Source: an uncultured virus (IMG/VR IMGVR_UViG_3300028920_000066)
Taxonomy: Duplodnaviria > Heunggongvirae > Uroviricota > Caudoviricetes
Length of the DNA: 20,000 bases
Virus record (IMG/VR): IMGVR_UViG_3300028920_000066
Strand: one strand, 5' to 3'
Shown here: one piece after another, positions 17,501 to 20,000 of the stretch
Numbering within the stretch: position 1 is the first letter of the stretch
Layout of the letters: the number at the start of each line of letters is the position of its first letter
Translations under genes and position numbers: made by a program
The notes under the pieces: model-generated
Told to the model about the DNA's origin: nothing
Seen by the model: the letters and a program-made list of their open reading frames with translations, nothing else
The model's database searches: none

Positions 17501-20000
17501 AAATTTCTCATACTGTATTACGGAAGCTTTACTTACAGATTTAACCAACGATATAATTGGTGTTTCTGTTGCTGTTTGTGTAATGGTCGGTGTTGAAGTT
17601 TCCGTAACCGTTTGTGTCACGGTCTGTGTTACTGTCGGAGTTGCCGTTTCGGTTATTGTTGCCGTATCCTCTGGAGTATTTGTTTGCGTCACAGTTTGTG
17701 TTACTGTAGGTGTGCTGGTTTCTGTAATCGTTTGTGTAACTGTTTGAGTGACTGTTTGAGTATTAGTAGGTGTTACAGTTTCAGTTGCTGTTTGAGTTAT
17801 AGTCTGTGTGTTTGTAAGTGTTACAGTTTCAGTTGCAGTTTGAGTAACTGTTTGAGTATTAGTAGGTGTTACCGTTTCTGTATTAGTTTGTGTAACTGTT
17901 TGAGTAACTGTCTGTGTTACCGTTAAAGTAGGTGTATCAGTTTGCGTTACTGTTTGCGTTACTGTCGGTGTAGCCGTTTCTGTAACTGTTTGAGTTACTG
18001 TTTGTGTGTTTGTTTGAGTTATAGTCTGTGTATTTGTTTGTGTTACTGTTGGGGTAACGGTTTCTGTAACAGTCTGTGTGTTTGTTTGAGTCACGGACGG
18101 TGTAGCAGTTTGCGTTACGGTCTGTGTGTTTGTTTCAGTTATAGTCTGGGTAACTGTTTGACTTACCGTATAAGTAGGGGTAATAGTTTGTGTAACAGTA
18201 GCAGTATTTGTTTTTGTTATAGTTGGTGTTACAGAATGAGTAACGGTTACTACAAATACGTCCACCAAGTTAGATACAGCCGATAACCCACCATCAGCCG
18301 TTATTGTTGTTGAATTATAAATATGTCCTGTAAAATTACTACGAGGTCTTACTGTTATAGTAATAGCCCCATATGAACTTACAGTTCCTAAATTCCAATA
18401 ATAAGTAAAATCAGGACTTCCCTGCTCACCTGTCCATATAGGAAGCGAACTAAATACGTCAATTTCATTTATATCAAAGAAATCTTGAGCTGTAAAATTT
18501 TCTGCCGTTCCAGTAATGTTCCAGTATATATAATATTCAAATTCTTCTTGTGGTATTACTTGAGCCTTACTTGTCGCTTTTATAACACTAAACTCTGGCG
18601 TTTCAGTAACAGTAGGAGTAATTGTATAAGTAGACGTTATAGTTATAGTAGGTGTTACGGTCTGTGTGTTCGTAGACGTTATTGTTTTTGTTACGGTTTT
18701 AGTAACGGTAGGAGTATTTGTTTCTGTCACGGTTTGAGTCACAGTCTGTGTGTTAGTAGGTGTAATAGTTTCTGTTATTGTCTGTGTGTTTGTAGGAGTT
18801 ATGGTTTCAGTTACAGTTCGAGTGCTTGTAGAAGTTATAGTTTCAGTTACGGTTCGAGTATTTGTAGGAGTTATAGTTTCAGTTACAGTCTGGGTAGCAG
18901 TTTTAGTCGCTGTAGGGGTTACCGTTTGTGTAATAGTCTTTGTAACTGTTTTTGTAAATGTAGGTGTTATTGTTTTTGTTACGGTTTGAGTGATGGTCTG
19001 CGTTACCGTTTGAGTATTTGTTTCTGTCACAGTTTGGGTAACTGACTGTGTAGCTGTTTGAGTTATGGTTTGTGTAACAGTTTTTGTTATTGTAGGAGTT
19101 GCTGTTTTTGTAATTGTTTCTGTTGCTGTAAGCGTAACGGTAGGTGTTACTGTTTGTGTTATAGTTTGTGTTATTGTTGATGTCACAGTTTGAGTTACTG
19201 TTGAGGTTATGGTTTCTGTAATTGTTTCTGTAACTGTCTGTGTAATAGTAGGTGTAATAGTAGGTGTAATAGTTTCTGTAATGGTTTGAGTTGCTGTTTC
19301 TGTAACTGTCTGTGTAATAGTTTTTGTTGCAGTTTCTGTAAATGTTTGTGTTATAGTTGGAGTTATTGTTAATGTGCCGTTCATTGTTTCTGTAACTGTT
19401 GGAGTAACAGTAGATGTAAATGTTTGTGTTATAGTTGGAGTTATTGTTAATGTGCCGTTCATTGTTTCTGTAACTGTCTGTGTAATAGTAGGTGTTACTG
19501 TTTGAGTTATAGTAGGTGTGGCTGTTTCCGTTATAGTAGGTGTGGCTGTTGGTGTTACTGTTTGGGTTACTGTTTGGGTTACTGTTTCTGTTATAGTTTC
19601 TGTAACAGTTGGAGTTACTGTTTGGGTTACTGTTTCTGTTATAGTTTCTGTAACAGTTGGAGTTACTGTTTGGGTTACTGTTTCTGTTATAGTTTCTGTA
19701 ACAGTTGGAGTTACTGTTTCTGTTATTGTTTCTGTAACTGTCTGTGTAATAGTAGGTGTGGCTGTTTCTGTTATTGTTTCTGTAACTGTTGGTGTTACTG
19801 TCTGTGTAATAGTAGGTGTAATAGTAGGTGTAATAGTAGGTGTAATAGTAGGTGTTATAGTTTGGGTTATTGTTTCTGTTATTGTTTGGGTTATTGTTTG
19901 GGTTATTGTTTCTGTTATTGTTTCTGTTATTGTTTCTGTAATGGTTTCCGTTATAGTTTCTGTTATAGTAGGTGTTATTGTTTCTGTAACTGTTGGAGTT
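14555..20000 (-). CDS. Giant Thr-x-Thr repeat protein with DUF11/Ig-like domains and a Kelch-like beta-propeller (putative surface/adhesin or fibre protein), 5'-truncated
   Basis: The frame of the 1635-aa ORF stays open upstream of 19462 to the window end (...TPTVTETITP...), giving at least 1814 aa. Long T-[VIN]-T-[QEPKS] tracts separate globular domains. Confidence 0.85.
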   Translation of the reverse strand, partial: TPTVTETITPTITETITETITETITETITETITQTITQTITETITQTITPTITPTITPTITPTITQTVTPTVTETITETATPTITQTVTETITETVTPTVTETITETVTQTVTPTVTETITETVTQTVTPTVTETITETVTQTVTQTVTPTATPTITETATPTITQTVTPTITQTVTETMNGTLTITPTITQTFTSTVTPTVTETMNGTLTITPTITQTFTETATKTITQTVTETATQTITETITPTITPTITQTVTETITETITSTVTQTVTSTITQTITQTVTPTVTLTATETITKTATPTITKTVTQTITQTATQSVTQTVTETNTQTVTQTITQTVTKTITPTFTKTVTKTITQTVTPTATKTATQTVTETITPTNTRTVTETITSTSTRTVTETITPTNTQTITETITPTNTQTVTQTVTETNTPTVTKTVTKTITSTNTQTVTPTITITSTYTITPTVTETPEFSVIKATSKAQVIPQEEFEYYIYWNITGTAENFTAQDFFDINEIDVFSSLPIWTGEQGSPDFTYYWNLGTVSSYGAITITVRPRSNFTGHIYNSTTITADGGLSAVSNLVDVFVVTVTHSVTPTITKTNTATVTQTITPTYTVSQTVTQTITETNTQTVTQTATPSVTQTNTQTVTETVTPTVTQTNTQTITQTNTQTVTQTVTETATPTVTQTVTQTDTPTLTVTQTVTQTVTQTNTETVTPTNTQTVTQTATETVTLTNTQTITQTATETVTPTNTQTVTQTVTQTITETSTPTVTQTVTQTNTPEDTATITETATPTVTQTVTQTVTETSTPTITQTATETPIISLVKSVSKASVIQYEKFTYYLDWTVVGTAENLQVSDFFDKDEVQVDVSTPLWSDITGSPDFTYVWDLGTQSDTNGTITVVVFSQGTFTGHTYNTGSVMADGGLSSNSNTTDVTVSAPTETVTSTVTQTITQTSTPTVTPTITQTVTETNTPTVTQTITETNTKTVTQTVTQTNTQTVTQTVTPTVTQTVTPTDTQTVTQTVTETVTPTDTQTVTQTITETVTPTNTQTITETVTQTITPTDTQTVTETVTQTVTPTITYTITLTNTQTITQTVTETVTQTVTQTVTETNTQTVTQTITETVTNTFTFTITQTVTPTHTITLTSTITQTNTTTITATITPTITLTHTPSAIPTIITGWTLECRYVDYNNREGQTALYYDNKMWLISGYSKLGYNNYVRLNDAWYSANGCDWIPATQNAQFFPRYQHSSVVFDNQMWVIGGNVYTNTGYIQLEDDVWRSSNGFYWRKVISNAEFSPRKQHTSLVFDGKMWVIGGMQNSEPASDVWYSTNGERWKLSTSLAQFGKRYGHLSVVFDNKMWVIGGKIEDDVPKSDVWYSTDGITWVEKTPQAPFDPKGIYAITVFDNKMWVLGGILNEQKEVWTSADGLNWQLNVVEDFPINTSHSLLSIDKNMWLIDTQRDKQVWSSIEYLSPTITQTFTITQTITQTSTPTVTSSITQTNTQTVTETITPTITQTFTPTITQTITKTVTQTITETNTQTVTETNTQTITQTITETNTQTITPTITETNTQTITSTVTQTVTQTVTPTVTSTVTPTFTPENFAEYSFDEPFLVVGETYPMYIKFQNGNQSPTDFNVSAIVWNGIITWNGAEATPVPTGTVEPVGLGYTSVIWSYGAQSPGFSSDITITANVVGGTGTSGLNIVLKDGASLILSITQGGWLIYTPTASATPTVTETVTQTVTHTISPTVTQTVTPTITGSITPTITETVTPTVTLTITQTLTPTITETVTPTITLTVTPTITPTITYTVTPTVTPTVTATNTP
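15607..16500 (-). other. Kelch-like beta-propeller domain within the giant protein
   Basis: About six repeats of 'R..H.S.VFD.KMWVIGG....DVW.S.NG..W'. Confidence 0.85.
17205..17560 (-). other. DUF11/Ig-like domain, copy 2
   Basis: PIISLVKSVSKASV...FTYYL.W...A.N..VSD...WDLG...GTITV...N, the DUF11 pattern. Paralogous to 18248-18598. Confidence 0.7.
18248..18598 (-). other. DUF11/Ig-like domain, copy 1
   Basis: PEFSVIKATSKAQV.P..EFEYYI.W...GTAENF...DFFD...GSPDFTYYWNLGT...ITITV...FTGH.YN....ADGGLS..SN. Confidence 0.7.
19337..19477. repeat. 63-bp exact direct repeat, 2 copies with 78-bp period (19337-19399 and 19415-19477)
   Basis: tgtaaatgtttgtgttatagttggagttattgttaatgtgccgttcattgtttctgtaactgt occurs twice and encodes TVTETMNGTLTITPTITQTFT. 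Confidence 0.9.
19566..19719. repeat. 48-bp perfect tandem repeat, about 3.2 copies
   Basis: Unit gttactgtttgggttactgtttctgttatagtttctgtaacagttgga starting at 19566, 19614 and 19662. Confidence 0.9.
19806..19853. repeat. 12-bp perfect tandem repeat, 4 copies (encodes TPTI)
   Basis: gtaatagtaggt four times in tandem. Confidence 0.9.

Noticed and set aside
17205..18598. Possible DGR template/variable repeat pair
   Set aside because: The two DUF11-like copies are both coding, are diverged at all base types with indels, and no reverse transcriptase is in the window.
14544..19045. Many Cys-, Val- or Asn-rich ORFs on the plus strand and in alternative minus frames (e.g. 16601-17185, 17612-17926, 18485-19045, 14544-14870)
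   Set aside because: They are shadow frames of the ACN-rich Thr repeat, have no RBS and are fully overlapped by the giant CDS.
19337..20000. Possible CRISPR array
   Set aside because: The repeats are contiguous in-frame coding tandem units with no unique spacers, and no cas genes are present.
1..20000. Stop-codon reassignment (alternative genetic code)
   Set aside because: Coding density is near complete under the standard code, genes are intact, and TGA and TAA act as normal stops before RBS-bearing starts.

Overview
AT-rich segment of a contractile-tailed (myovirus-like) bacteriophage or prophage late region, with every credible gene on the minus strand. In transcription order (right to left) it holds: a giant (at least 1814 aa, 5'-truncated) Thr-x-Thr repeat protein with DUF11/Ig-like and Kelch-like domains; a stand-alone MuF-like domain; a head-tail adaptor and a neck/head-closure protein; a T7-lysozyme-type amidase endolysin; a stand-alone NrdD glycyl-radical C-terminal domain; a two-TM holin candidate; a tail terminator; a tail sheath; two paralogous tail tubes; a tail assembly chaperone with a -1 frameshift extension; a tape measure protein; a tube initiator; and a 3'-truncated baseplate hub. 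No capsid, terminase, tRNA, CRISPR or mobile element is visible. The most notable observations are the giant TxT-repeat protein, the orphan glycyl-radical domain inside the lysis cassette, a 27-bp motif repeated in front of two gene clusters, the A9 slippery site and nested duplicated domains in the sheath. Product calls rest on motif recognition and gene order, not on database searches.
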